Origin: Patescibacteria group bacterium
Lineage (GTDB): Bacteria; Patescibacteriota; Patescibacteriia; UBA9934
Reading direction: 5' to 3'
Assembly: GCA_038064675.1 (NCBI GenBank)
Contig: JBBTSM010000001.1
Span: 1 to 38,445, forward strand
Length of the DNA: 38,445 nt
Of the stretch, positions 9,888-18,014 are shown piece after piece. The translations under genes were made by a program, and so were the position numbers. The stretch's first letter is position 1. Every line of letters begins with the position of its first letter. Under the pieces are notes generated by a model that worked only from the letters and a program-made list of their open reading frames with translations, did no database searches and was not told where the DNA came from.

Positions 9888-10700
9888 ATGAAAAAAACAT
9901 CCAAAAAACTTTCTTTTTCTCGCAGGCTCGCGATACTTACCCCTTTGATGCTTCTTGCGGGCATTGCTGCGGTTCGTGCTACGGAGATGCATCGTGCAGA
10001 AGTAGCGCATCCGCTTTCGTATGGCGACAATCGGCATGTGGAGAATGTGAAGTGCTCGGGGCAATGTGATGGTCTCATGCTTGTGAGTGATCAGGAACCT
10101 GATGTGCAATATTACGACGGAGCAAAAAGCCCAACATGTGCAGAGGCGATGTTGTGGGCAAATGCAAACGGCCGCGAGGACCAGATTGTGTTTGGCGGCT
10201 ACGAAATGATTGATGGGTATCAAGTGAACCTTCCAACGCAAACATTTGGGCTTGATGTTTTCAGCGGCAAAGACGTTGAATTCACGTTGCCAGATAGCGG
10301 CAGCATGTTTACTGCGCACATCAAAGACACCGGTGAATGGAATCTGCTTGATTCTGTGGCATGTGATCAGCTTGCATGTTCAGGATTTACTCGAGTACTC
10401 ACCGATCGTGATTCTGGAAGAGTTACGCTTTACGATTCTTGCGCATCGTCTTCGGATGACGCGGATATCTATGCTTTGTATCAGGCTCCAGAAGTTCATG
10501 GGCCAGATACGGGCGACACCTATCGTGTGAGCATCGGCCTTCGGGCGTTATTGAACACGGGGACAGAGACGGGATGGGTAGAAGACGTGGGATTTGAGCG
10601 AATGTACACATCCTCCGAACTCGCTGACGATACTATTCATGTTGTGGCCGATCTTGGTGACACGACATTCGAATTCGATTTGGTGAAAGACGCAGAATAA
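9888..10700 (+). CDS. Hypothetical exported or membrane-anchored protein (acidic, several Cys)
   Basis: MKKTSKK followed by a hydrophobic segment; ATG lies 9 nt after TACAAT. Confidence 0.7.
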   Translation: MKKTSKKLSFSRRLAILTPLMLLAGIAAVRATEMHRAEVAHPLSYGDNRHVENVKCSGQCDGLMLVSDQEPDVQYYDGAKSPTCAEAMLWANANGREDQIVFGGYEMIDGYQVNLPTQTFGLDVFSGKDVEFTLPDSGSMFTAHIKDTGEWNLLDSVACDQLACSGFTRVLTDRDSGRVTLYDSCASSSDDADIYALYQAPEVHGPDTGDTYRVSIGLRALLNTGTETGWVEDVGFERMYTSSELADDTIHVVADLGDTTFEFDLVKDAE

Positions 10701-10717
10701 TCGAGCGCAGCGAGCGA

Positions 10718-10896
10718 TTCAACGGGTGGCGCCGAGGGAGGTCCCCGTACGGAGCGCAACGAGCGCCGTAGTACATGATGATCACCGATGAATTCGTGCG
10801 CGCGGTGAGCACCGTAACGGGGTCCGAGGCGACAGGACCCGTTGATGAATGAGAGAAGCAGGAGTCTGGATCCCCGCCTGCGCGGGGATGACTGAA
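10718..10896 (-). repeat. Family B palindrome joined to a different long hairpin
   Basis: ctggatccccgcctgcgcggggatgactgaa at 10866-10896; hairpin closed by tcaacgggt/acccgttga at 10719-10845. Confidence 0.75.
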
Positions 10897-10938
10897 GGAG
10901 CGATCAACGAAAGGGTTGCACGTGCTATAATTCTCTGC

Positions 10939-11622
10939 ATGATCACGTTCAAAAACGTGACAAAAGAATATCCGCCAAAAACACACGCGCTTGCTGGTGT
11001 GAGTTTTCGTATTGAGGCGGGGGAGTTTGTTTCCATTACTGGTCAGAGCGGTTCGGGAAAATCTACGATCGCGAAGCTTATCTTTGCCGAAGAAAAACTC
11101 ACGAGCGGTCATATTCACATTGGTGACTGGGATATTTCCAACGTTCGACATTCCGACATTCCCATTCTTCGTCGGCAGATTGGCGTGGTGTTTCAAGATT
11201 TCAAGCTCCTTCCAAAAAAGACGGCATTCGAGAATGTTGCGTTTGCGTTGGAAGTTGCGGGGGAATCGAACAAGCGCATTCGCGAGGTTGTTCCGCATGT
11301 GTTGAAGATCGTTGGCCTTGGTGAAAAGGGTGGGCGCTATCCTCGTCAACTTTCTGGCGGTGAACAGCAGCGCGTGTCGATCGCTCGTGCGCTCGTGCAT
11401 CGGCCAAAGATTATTGTTGCCGACGAACCAACGGGAAACCTCGACGCGATTACGGCGCGAGAAATTATCGAGCTGTTTACGCGGATTAATGACTTCGGCA
11501 CCACCATTGTTCTGGTAACGCACGATCGCGACATTGTGAACGGCTTGCACCGTCGTGTCATTACGTTGCGCGATGGCAAAGTGGCATCGGACGCAGAAAA
11601 GGGTAAATATCTTCTCGCCTAG
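10939..11622 (+). CDS. ftsE: Cell division ATP-binding protein FtsE
   Basis: Motifs GQSGSGKST, LRRQIGVVFQDFKLL, LSGGEQQRV, ADEPTGNLD and VTHD; lies upstream of ftsX. Confidence 0.93.
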   Translation: MITFKNVTKEYPPKTHALAGVSFRIEAGEFVSITGQSGSGKSTIAKLIFAEEKLTSGHIHIGDWDISNVRHSDIPILRRQIGVVFQDFKLLPKKTAFENVAFALEVAGESNKRIREVVPHVLKIVGLGEKGGRYPRQLSGGEQQRVSIARALVHRPKIIVADEPTGNLDAITAREIIELFTRINDFGTTIVLVTHDRDIVNGLHRRVITLRDGKVASDAEKGKYLLA

Positions 11623-11625
11623 CGT

Positions 11626-12537
11626 ATGCGCTCATTCTTTCGCATCATTCGGTTCGCGTTGCAGAGCATGATGCGGAATTTTTGGTTGTCCTTCGTTACG
11701 GTGTCGGTATTTGTATTGACGTTGGTGACGATAAACTCCGTGATTATTTTGAACGTGCTTGCAAACGCGTCGGTAAAGAGTGTCGAGGGCCGTGTGCAGG
11801 TCACGGTGTACTTCACGTCGGATTCGTCGGAAGGCACGGTGAAGAATGTTCAAGGGTATTTGCTCGGATTGTCGCAAGTGAAGGAAGTATCGTACGTAAA
11901 GGCAGAAGAGGCGCTCGCAACATTTCAAATCATTCATCAAAACGATCCGGTGATTCTTGCTGCTTTGGACGAAGTGAATGGCAATCCGTTTGGCCAAGCC
12001 CTGAAGATTCGGGCATACAACGCGAGCGATTTTCCGTTTATTCTGGAGGCGCTCGAAACCCCAGAGTACAAGCCGTTTATTAAAGAAAAGAATTACGACA
12101 ACTACGAATCTGCGCTTAAGGTGCTGAGCGATTTCTCTGAAAAGGTTCGTCTCGGTTTTCTGATCCTCGCGCTGTTCTTTGGCTTCATCGCTGTGCTCAT
12201 CGTGTTCAACACCATCCGCGTTGCTATTTACGTGCACCGCGAAGAAATCGGTATTATGAAGCTTGTGGGTGCGAATGACTGGTTTGTACGCGGACCATTC
12301 CTCTGTGAATCGATCTTTTACGCATTGATCGCTACAGGAATCATGGCCGGCATTATCGCCGCCACGCTTTCGTTTGCGAATCCGTACATCGTCGCCTTCT
12401 TCCAGGGTGTGGATGTCGATCTCGTCGCATACTACAGTGCCAATGCTGTTCCACTTTTCGGCGCACAATTCGGTATCCTTGCGTTCCTTGGTCTTGGAAC
12501 AACAGCATTCGCGATGCGAAGATATCTCAGAGTGTAG
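11626..12537 (+). CDS. ftsX: Cell division permease FtsX
   Basis: NTIRVAIYVHREEIGIMKLVGANDWFVRGPF motif; 4-TM topology. Confidence 0.93.
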   Translation: MRSFFRIIRFALQSMMRNFWLSFVTVSVFVLTLVTINSVIILNVLANASVKSVEGRVQVTVYFTSDSSEGTVKNVQGYLLGLSQVKEVSYVKAEEALATFQIIHQNDPVILAALDEVNGNPFGQALKIRAYNASDFPFILEALETPEYKPFIKEKNYDNYESALKVLSDFSEKVRLGFLILALFFGFIAVLIVFNTIRVAIYVHREEIGIMKLVGANDWFVRGPFLCESIFYALIATGIMAGIIAATLSFANPYIVAFFQGVDVDLVAYYSANAVPLFGAQFGILAFLGLGTTAFAMRRYLRV

Positions 12538-12558
12538 GGAAGGAAAGACTTTCAACAA

Positions 12559-12592
12559 CACACCAGCCCGAGAGCTGGTGTTTTTGTGGTTC
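12559..12592 (+). terminator. Terminator after ftsX, duplicated at the tRNA-Gln 3' end
   Basis: acaccagc-ccgaga-gctggtgt-tttt; 12574-12592 is identical to 13378-13396. Confidence 0.7.
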
Positions 12593-12715
12593 TGCGTCGC
12601 GGTCTCGTTTGCGGTATTTCGAGCGTCTTTTTAGACACTCACCGCTCTGATCCGGTCAGACGGGCTTGGTCTTATGCGGGCAGCCTTTTGGAGGGAATAT
12701 GATAAGCTATTGTAT

Positions 12716-13201
12716 ATGAAATTTTTCCCGATTTTTACTCTCGGCGCGCTGACTTTGACACTCGTCGGAGCTGGTTGCATGAAGTCACTTGAGGCACGAG
12801 TCTCTCAATACGAAGATGAACGAAAAGTGTGCGTCGAGGAGAAGCGATCTGCCAGCCCCACCATAACCTTCAACGGTCTGACAAGACCCTGGGATGAAGG
12901 GGATGATTTTACAGCGGAGTACAGATGTTCAACCGTTGATCTTGCTAAAAAATATTATCAACAAGATCCGGAGGGAGTCATTGAACTTTGTGTGAGAACT
13001 AAGCAGATTGGAATGTACACATACGAAAAAGGTCTAGGCGGATCACTGACGAGTAAAGAGCTTGAACAGCTCCATACCTCGGAAACATTCGCCGATATAA
13101 CTATGGACTCTCAGGGAAAAGTAACGATCGGCGACACTACCCTTGAAAACTGGCGAGGACTTTGTAAGACCGTAATCGAAGGAGTTATCGAGGGGGATTA
13201 A
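12716..13201 (+). CDS. Hypothetical lipoprotein-like protein
   Basis: MKFFPIFTLGALTLTLVGAGC signal with lipobox-like Cys; looks AT-richer than its neighbours. Confidence 0.7.
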   Translation: MKFFPIFTLGALTLTLVGAGCMKSLEARVSQYEDERKVCVEEKRSASPTITFNGLTRPWDEGDDFTAEYRCSTVDLAKKYYQQDPEGVIELCVRTKQIGMYTYEKGLGGSLTSKELEQLHTSETFADITMDSQGKVTIGDTTLENWRGLCKTVIEGVIEGD

Positions 13202-13216
13202 ATAACCCGCCAAATG

Positions 13217-13250
13217 CAAAACCCCCGAGTCTTTCGACTTGGGGGCTTTG
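13217..13250 (+). terminator. Hairpin after the lipoprotein gene
   Basis: cccccgagtc-tttc-gacttggggg. Confidence 0.6.
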
Positions 13251-13352
13251 CTGGACCAACGCCTGATTGGTCGCTCGAACGGGTACTCGATGGAACATCG
13301 AACCGCATCCATGTTCCGTGCGCCGCTGTGCGGCTGGCCAGCTGCGCTGGCC

Positions 13353-13396
13353 GAACCACAAAAACACCAGCCGTGGGGCTGGTGTTTTTGTGGTTC
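13353..13396 (-). terminator. Perfect 19-bp inverted repeat at the tRNA-Gln 3' end
   Basis: gaaccacaaaaacaccagc-cgtggg-gctggtgtttttgtggttc. Confidence 0.7.
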
Positions 13397-13464
13397 CGGG
13401 ACATGGATTCGAACCATGGTTCACGGCTTCAAAGGCCGCTGTCCTGCCGTTAGACGATCCCGGA
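13391..13464 (-). tRNA. tRNA-Gln(TTG)
   Basis: Minus strand: acceptor TCCGGGA/TCCCGGA, anticodon arm gcggc-ct-TTG-aa-gccgt, TTCGA loop, encoded CCA. Confidence 0.95.
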
Positions 13465-13475
13465 ATGAACGTCCC

Positions 13476-13578
13476 CGTTTGGTCTATTTTGGGCTCACCG
13501 CGTCGCAAATTCGCTCAACGTACCATGAAGTACGCCTCGCGAACTTTGCTCCTTGTTCACCCAAACTAGCCTCAAACG
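13476..13578 (-). repeat. Family A hairpin copy 3
   Basis: Minus-strand core ga-ggcgtac-ttcatg-gtacgtt-ga; flanks aatgaacgt/acgttcatt abut the tRNA-Gln 5' end. Confidence 0.9.
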
Positions 13579-13743
13579 GGAACGTTCATTGTACTAATCC
13601 TTATGGGGGTGCACCGAAACTAGCCTAAAATAAAGAAATTCTCCAGGAAGTCGATCGATGCGAAGTGTATCGCAACATGAAAGAATCATCAAAGCGAGAA
13701 TACATTGTTCGATTATACCTTCAGCTTATATTAGCTAATTTTA

Positions 13744-13772
13744 TTGACAAAAGCGCACTTTTCTGATATAGT
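13744..13772 (+). promoter_or_regulatory. Sigma70-type promoter
   Basis: TTGACA-17 nt-TATAGT with TG extension. Confidence 0.75.
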
Positions 13773-13902
13773 TTTCCGTTATTCGTTGCGCATTCTTTTT
13801 GCGAAAATCTGTTGAATAAGCTATTCAACCGGTTTTCGTGGAGGGAATTTTTCCTCCGCATCATTCGCGTTCCTGTTTCGTCCCCTACCCCCGAGGTCTG
13901 CC

Positions 13903-15192
13903 ATGAATTACGGCACCGCCCGTCTCGTTGAATCTCTCGGTTCCCGGCCCGCCCCGGTTTCCGCTCGTCAGTCCGTCGTCGCCCCGGCTTCCCGCCGGGC
14001 CAGCCGGCTCGACGGCGCCATCGTGGTGAACCCGGTGGCTCCGGCGTCGCCGCCGACCTCCAAGCGTCGGTCCGACACAGCCCCCGTCGTCGCCCCGCCC
14101 ACCCCCAAGGTGGTGCGGATCCCGCGCGACCCCGCCGTTGCAGCCGCCGAAGCCGAGCGGAAGCTCCAGGCCAAGGCCGCCGAAGAAGCGGAGCTCGTGC
14201 GCAAGGCTCAGGAGGCCCGCGTGGCCGCCGAAGCCAAGGCTGTCGCCGCCCGCGTTGCGGTCGAACAACAGTTCGCCGCGGAGCGTGTTCGTCGGGCCGA
14301 GGCGGCTCGTGTTGCCGAAGCCGAAGCCGAAGCGACGGCTCGGGCCGACCGCGAAGCTGCCGAGCTCGTGCAGCGCCAGCAGCGCGAGCTGCGGGATGCG
14401 CGCGACGCGTTCATCGCGGAGGTCCGCCGGGCGCCCGATGCCTTCTTCGTTCAGGCCTGGGGCGGCAAGTACTCCCGGAGCTGGTTCGTGGAGAACATCC
14501 CGCGTGGCGATATGGAGTGGGTCGGCAAGACCCAACCCATGTTCGCCGACGTGATGGGCGACTACCGGCGCAAGGAGGCCCTCGCCGTCGCCGATGCCAA
14601 GACGGAGTTTGAGACGTTTGTCGAAGGTATCGACCTCGACGTTTTCCCGCACATCTGCCTGGGCCTCAGCTGGGCCCCGCGCCGTACGACCCGCGACGAG
14701 CTCATCAACCTGGCTCGCATCGGTACGTCGGCGCGTGAGATTGCTGACATCCGGAGCGCGGTGGCTCAGGCCATCGTGCGTCGCGACCAGGCCCGACGCG
14801 CCGCGGAAGCGGAGCTGAAGCGCAAGAAGCTCGACCCGAAGAGCAAGCACTTCGATCTGCGGGCGCATCTCGAGGCCACGGTCGGGAAGTACATCGGAGC
14901 CGACAGCCGCCCTCCTCCGAAGGAGGCTGCGGTCAACGCGAAGGCCATCGGAGCAGAAGCTTCGGGTGCGTTCACGATCCAAAGTTCGCTCCTTGCGGAG
15001 CGCATCCGACGGCTCGACCCCAAGGTCGTTGCACGGATCCATCGCGATGGGCACCAGTACGGCAAGAACCGTTGGCCGACCATCGAGCGTATGCTCGAGG
15101 TCGAGAAGTGTCCGACGTGGGGCGGTCGTGGCGAAGGCGAGAGGACCCGCGAGGGCCTTGAGCGGTTCGTCACCCGGTGCGAGCGGGGATGA
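13903..15192 (+). CDS. GC-rich orphan with Pro-rich N-terminus and Ala/Glu/Arg coiled coil
   Basis: 429-aa ORF with strong GC3 bias; GAGG SD before the ATG; own promoter and terminator. Confidence 0.75.
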   Translation: MNYGTARLVESLGSRPAPVSARQSVVAPASRRASRLDGAIVVNPVAPASPPTSKRRSDTAPVVAPPTPKVVRIPRDPAVAAAEAERKLQAKAAEEAELVRKAQEARVAAEAKAVAARVAVEQQFAAERVRRAEAARVAEAEAEATARADREAAELVQRQQRELRDARDAFIAEVRRAPDAFFVQAWGGKYSRSWFVENIPRGDMEWVGKTQPMFADVMGDYRRKEALAVADAKTEFETFVEGIDLDVFPHICLGLSWAPRRTTRDELINLARIGTSAREIADIRSAVAQAIVRRDQARRAAEAELKRKKLDPKSKHFDLRAHLEATVGKYIGADSRPPPKEAAVNAKAIGAEASGAFTIQSSLLAERIRRLDPKVVARIHRDGHQYGKNRWPTIERMLEVEKCPTWGGRGEGERTREGLERFVTRCERG

Positions 15193-15233
15193 GCCGAGCA
15201 GAGTGACCGGTGACATCACGGTGACTCACGACG

Positions 15234-15278
15234 GCGGGCCGGGAACCAATTGGTTTCCCGGCCCGCAGTTCGTTTTTA
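15234..15278 (+). terminator. Intrinsic terminator
   Basis: gcgggccgggaa...ttcccggcccgc followed by a T-rich run. Confidence 0.7.
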
Positions 15279-15312
15279 GAGAATACGGTACAATCGGGTC
15301 ATGGGGTCATCA

Positions 15313-15406
15313 TGGGGTCAGGTCTTGAATCTATGCATTTTGGAGCTTCGACCACTACAGGTTGTGGTTTAAGAAGCAAAATGCTCATTATCAAGACCTG
15401 ACCCCA
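15313..15406. repeat. 94-bp palindromic element with 16-bp perfect terminal inverted repeats (MITE/REP-like)
   Basis: tggggtcaggtcttga/tcaagacctgacccca, with inner pairings gcatttt/aaaatgc, gcttc/gaagc and accac/gtggt. Confidence 0.8.
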
Positions 15407-15418
15407 ATACAAGCCAAT

Positions 15419-16111
15419 ATGTCCAAAGTTGCTGTTGCTCAAGGGAACAATCCGGTGGTTGCGATCCGCGAGGCGATCGAGGATCTCGGTTTGGCATTCG
15501 TCGACCTCGTAAAATCCGCGAAGTCGATTTGCGTTGTTTCGACAGCATCGGATGAATCGATTCAGGCCATCATCGATGCGATCGCTTTTCACAGCCGCGT
15601 TCCGATTCATGTCTTGAACGCTGACGATGAAAGCGACGCTGTAGAATCAACGATTCCTCGAGGAGACGATGTTCGCATGTCTGTACGCCGACCTCGCTCG
15701 ATCGTGGACGCCGATGTCGTGATTTCTCTCGTGCCGATGCTCGCGGATCGTAATCGTCGAACTGCGTTGTCGATTGAACAATTTCTTTTTGCCACATGGT
15801 ACGTTCCAGAACGCCGAACTGTTCGCGGATTTGTGCGGAGCCACGAGCCGTGGTTGGAAGGGGATTTGCGCGATATTGTGCTCGCTGATCTTTACGCACA
15901 GCGGCCGATCGATCTCGCGATTGTCGACGGAACCGCAACCGCCGGTATCGTCCTCGCAAGTTTCGATCCCGTCGCCATCGACGCCGTCGCAATGCACATG
16001 AATGGAATCGATCCAGAATCTGTCGGCTATCTTACGGCGCTTTCGCAACAAGGGATGGGCGTTTGTGCGTTGTCCAGAATCGATGTTCCCCTGGGATTCA
16101 TTTCACGCTAG
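15419..16111 (+). CDS. Divergent DUF362-like protein
   Basis: MSKVAV start, DADVVISL, IDLAIVDG, and ASFDPVAIDAVA...GIDPESVGYL..L...GMG C-terminus. Confidence 0.65.
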   Translation: MSKVAVAQGNNPVVAIREAIEDLGLAFVDLVKSAKSICVVSTASDESIQAIIDAIAFHSRVPIHVLNADDESDAVESTIPRGDDVRMSVRRPRSIVDADVVISLVPMLADRNRRTALSIEQFLFATWYVPERRTVRGFVRSHEPWLEGDLRDIVLADLYAQRPIDLAIVDGTATAGIVLASFDPVAIDAVAMHMNGIDPESVGYLTALSQQGMGVCALSRIDVPLGFISR

Positions 16112-16122
16112 AATACTTCACA

Positions 16123-16181
16123 TCACTCGCCCATTTTGCCCAAGGCGTAACCGCCGATCGCCCAAGCGCAGCGATCGCTCA
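16123..16181 (+). repeat. Family D four-box leader motif copy 2
   Basis: tcgccca-ttgcccaa-[ggcg taac cgcc]-tcgcccaa-[gcgcagc]-tcgctca, ending 9 nt before ATG 16191. Confidence 0.8.
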
Positions 16182-16190
16182 ATACTCCCT

Positions 16191-16679
16191 ATGTCCACCT
16201 GTATTTTTCCCGGTCGGTTTCAGCCATTCCACGAAGGCCATTTGCTCGTGGTGCAAGGCATGATGAAAATTCATGGCAATGCCACCATCGCGATTTGCGA
16301 AGGGAAGTCTGAGCATGGTTCGGACACGCCGTTTACTGTGGCACAGCGTCACGAGATGATTAGCGCCGCATTGCTCTCTGCCGACATCACCGAAGCAACC
16401 ATCGTCGACGTTGTTGATAAGCCAGCGGACGAGCAGTGGGTAGATGCGGTGCTTGATGCTGCGGGCCGGCCAACAGAACCGTTGGTGTGGAGTGGACGCG
16501 ACGAGATTCGGGCGATGTTCGATGCGAAGAAGATTCCTACAAAAAAGATTGTTCCGGTCCCCGGTATCGACGGCGCCGCGATTCGGTCTGCGATCGTGAG
16601 CGGGAAGGTGGACGAATGGCGAAAAAAGATTCCTGCTGGCGCACTGGATGTGGTGATGGAAATTGTGAACAAACGGTAA
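16191..16679 (+). CDS. HxGH nucleotidyltransferase (NMN adenylyltransferase/NadM-like)
   Basis: Motifs FPGRFQPFHEGH, TPFTVAQRHEMI and GAAIR. Confidence 0.8.
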   Translation: MSTCIFPGRFQPFHEGHLLVVQGMMKIHGNATIAICEGKSEHGSDTPFTVAQRHEMISAALLSADITEATIVDVVDKPADEQWVDAVLDAAGRPTEPLVWSGRDEIRAMFDAKKIPTKKIVPVPGIDGAAIRSAIVSGKVDEWRKKIPAGALDVVMEIVNKR

Positions 16680-16689
16680 AACAGCGCGG

Positions 16690-16728
16690 CCCGGGCCTCC
16701 TTGCGGAAGTCCGGGCCGTTGCGTCGTG
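16690..16728 (-). terminator. 39-bp repeated terminator copy 1
   Basis: Minus strand cccggacttcc-GCAA-ggaggcccggg followed by T-run; identical to 17231-17269. Confidence 0.75.
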
Positions 16729-16731
16729 ACA

Positions 16732-17121
16732 CTACTGGCGCGTGTAGCACAGCAGCGCGTCATGGAACATCTGGGAGTAGCCCGCGTAGTCCGATGGTTC
16801 CGCGGGCAGGGTCTCGATCCCATCGAGGACTCCGTCCGCTCCGGTGTCGATGAACGAGTAGTAGGCGAAGCCGCCACGCGAGCTCACGATGTTGACGGTG
16901 ACGTACAGCGTCTGACGCCCAGCGGTGTCCACGCTCAAGCCGACCAACGTACTGGCGTTCATCGCGTAGCAGTTCGGAGTGCTGAACGACGTCGTGAAGC
17001 CGGGGAAGATGGCACGATGATCGGCGTTCTTCAGTTCGGCGACGGCCTTGCTGACCAGAACTGCGTCGGTCGGTGGATCGAAGGCGCTTGCGGTGAGGGA
17101 GAAGAGCAGAATCGAGAGCAT
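16732..17121 (-). CDS. GC-rich secreted orphan with DxxADGxxD motif
   Basis: GGAGG SD, signal peptide MLSILLFSLTASA, motif DTGADGVLD. Confidence 0.7.
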   Translation of the reverse strand: MLSILLFSLTASAFDPPTDAVLVSKAVAELKNADHRAIFPGFTTSFSTPNCYAMNASTLVGLSVDTAGRQTLYVTVNIVSSRGGFAYYSFIDTGADGVLDGIETLPAEPSDYAGYSQMFHDALLCYTRQ

Positions 17122-17165
17122 CGGGATGCCTCCGTGGGTTGCTTCCATAGTTTGGAAGTCCTCTA

Positions 17166-17194
17166 ATATTAGCAGATTTTCCGACTTTTTGCAA
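17166..17194 (-). promoter_or_regulatory. Sigma70-type promoter
   Basis: Minus strand TTGCAA-17 nt-TAATAT with TG extension. Confidence 0.6.
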
Positions 17195-17230
17195 GCCGGA
17201 GATTGTAAATGGCCAATAAAACGTACGCGA

Positions 17231-17269
17231 CCCGGGCCTCCTTGCGGAAGTCCGGGCCGTTGCGTCGTG
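17231..17269 (-). terminator. 39-bp repeated terminator copy 2
   Basis: Identical to 16690-16728. Confidence 0.75.
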
Positions 17270-17294
17270 GCGAACAATCAGATCGAGTACGTCG

Positions 17295-17807
17295 CTACTT
17301 CGTGGTGGAAACGATACAGTGAATCATGCCGTCGAAGATTGTCTGGGCGCTGGGGATCGATAGCCGGTGGTCGAGTTGATTCTCATCCACGATGCCGTCG
17401 GCGTTCACGTCGCTCACGAAGTAGGGATCGACGGGACCTTTGATTCCGATTCGACCCACTTTGACGGCCACGGTGATGGACGTCACGGTCACTCCCTGCC
17501 CGAGCGTCGCTCGCACGACACTCATTCCTCCTCCGCATTGTGGTGGATCGTATTCCCGGATTTCCACCGGGGTGGACTTTCCGTCGAGGCCTTTGATGGC
17601 GTCTTCGGAGCGCCCGCCCTTTGCGTCGACAACGGCTACGGCCCTCGCGACGTCCTTGGGCTCGGCGCCCCACGCCAGACCCAGGCCGCAGATACTGACG
17701 AACAGGATGACGATGGTGACGAAGATTCGCTGCAGGTTGGCGAACCAGAGCACGAGATTCACGGCGTCTTCGACGACGACGAGAATGAAAGGGGCAGGAC
17801 CGAACAT
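17295..17807 (-). CDS. GC-rich membrane or secreted orphan with DxxADGxxD motif
   Basis: GGAGG SD, hydrophobic N-region ending AWG-AE, motif DVNADGIVD. Confidence 0.7.
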   Translation of the reverse strand: MFGPAPFILVVVEDAVNLVLWFANLQRIFVTIVILFVSICGLGLAWGAEPKDVARAVAVVDAKGGRSEDAIKGLDGKSTPVEIREYDPPQCGGGMSVVRATLGQGVTVTSITVAVKVGRIGIKGPVDPYFVSDVNADGIVDENQLDHRLSIPSAQTIFDGMIHCIVSTTK

Positions 17808-17849
17808 GGGAACCTCCAAGAAAGATATTCGCAAACTTTTGCCAAAAAT

Positions 17850-17880
17850 TCAATACCGAGCCTTGCGGGCTCGGTATTGA
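17850..17880 (-). terminator. Hairpin downstream of the SPFH gene
   Basis: tcaataccgagcc...ggctcggtattga; GCAA loop and T-run on the minus strand. Confidence 0.65.
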
Positions 17881-17900
17881 ATTGAGTTTTGCGCCTTTTC

Positions 17901-18003
17901 CATTTGAGGCTAGTTTCGATGAACGAGGAACAAAGATCGCGAGGCGTACTTAACGGTACGTTGAGCGATTTTGTGACGAAGTGAGTCGAAAATAGACCAA
18001 ATG
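17901..18003 (+). repeat. Family A hairpin copy 4
   Basis: Core ga-ggcgtac-ttaacg-gtacgtt-ga; flanks gcgccttttc/ggggaggcgc. Confidence 0.9.
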
Positions 18004-18014
18004 GGGGAGGCGCA

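Noticed and set aside
9349-10078. Short ORFs across tRNAs and family A repeats (also 13043-13628, 33720-33911)
   Set aside because: They are translations of tRNA or repeat DNA; shared peptides such as STY.EVRL come from the repeat.
13885-15219. 444-aa antisense ORF and similar shadow ORFs (2675-3652, 7892-8887, 10633-11550, 11632-12561, 26128-27054)
   Set aside because: They overlap better-supported genes and are expected by-products of codon bias.
16690-17269. CRISPR array from the 39-bp direct repeats
   Set aside because: Only two copies, about 500 bp apart with a gene between them, and no cas genes.
13600-17900. Prophage or large genomic island beside tRNA-Gln
   Set aside because: No integrase or phage genes; GC-rich orphans alternate with native-looking genes.
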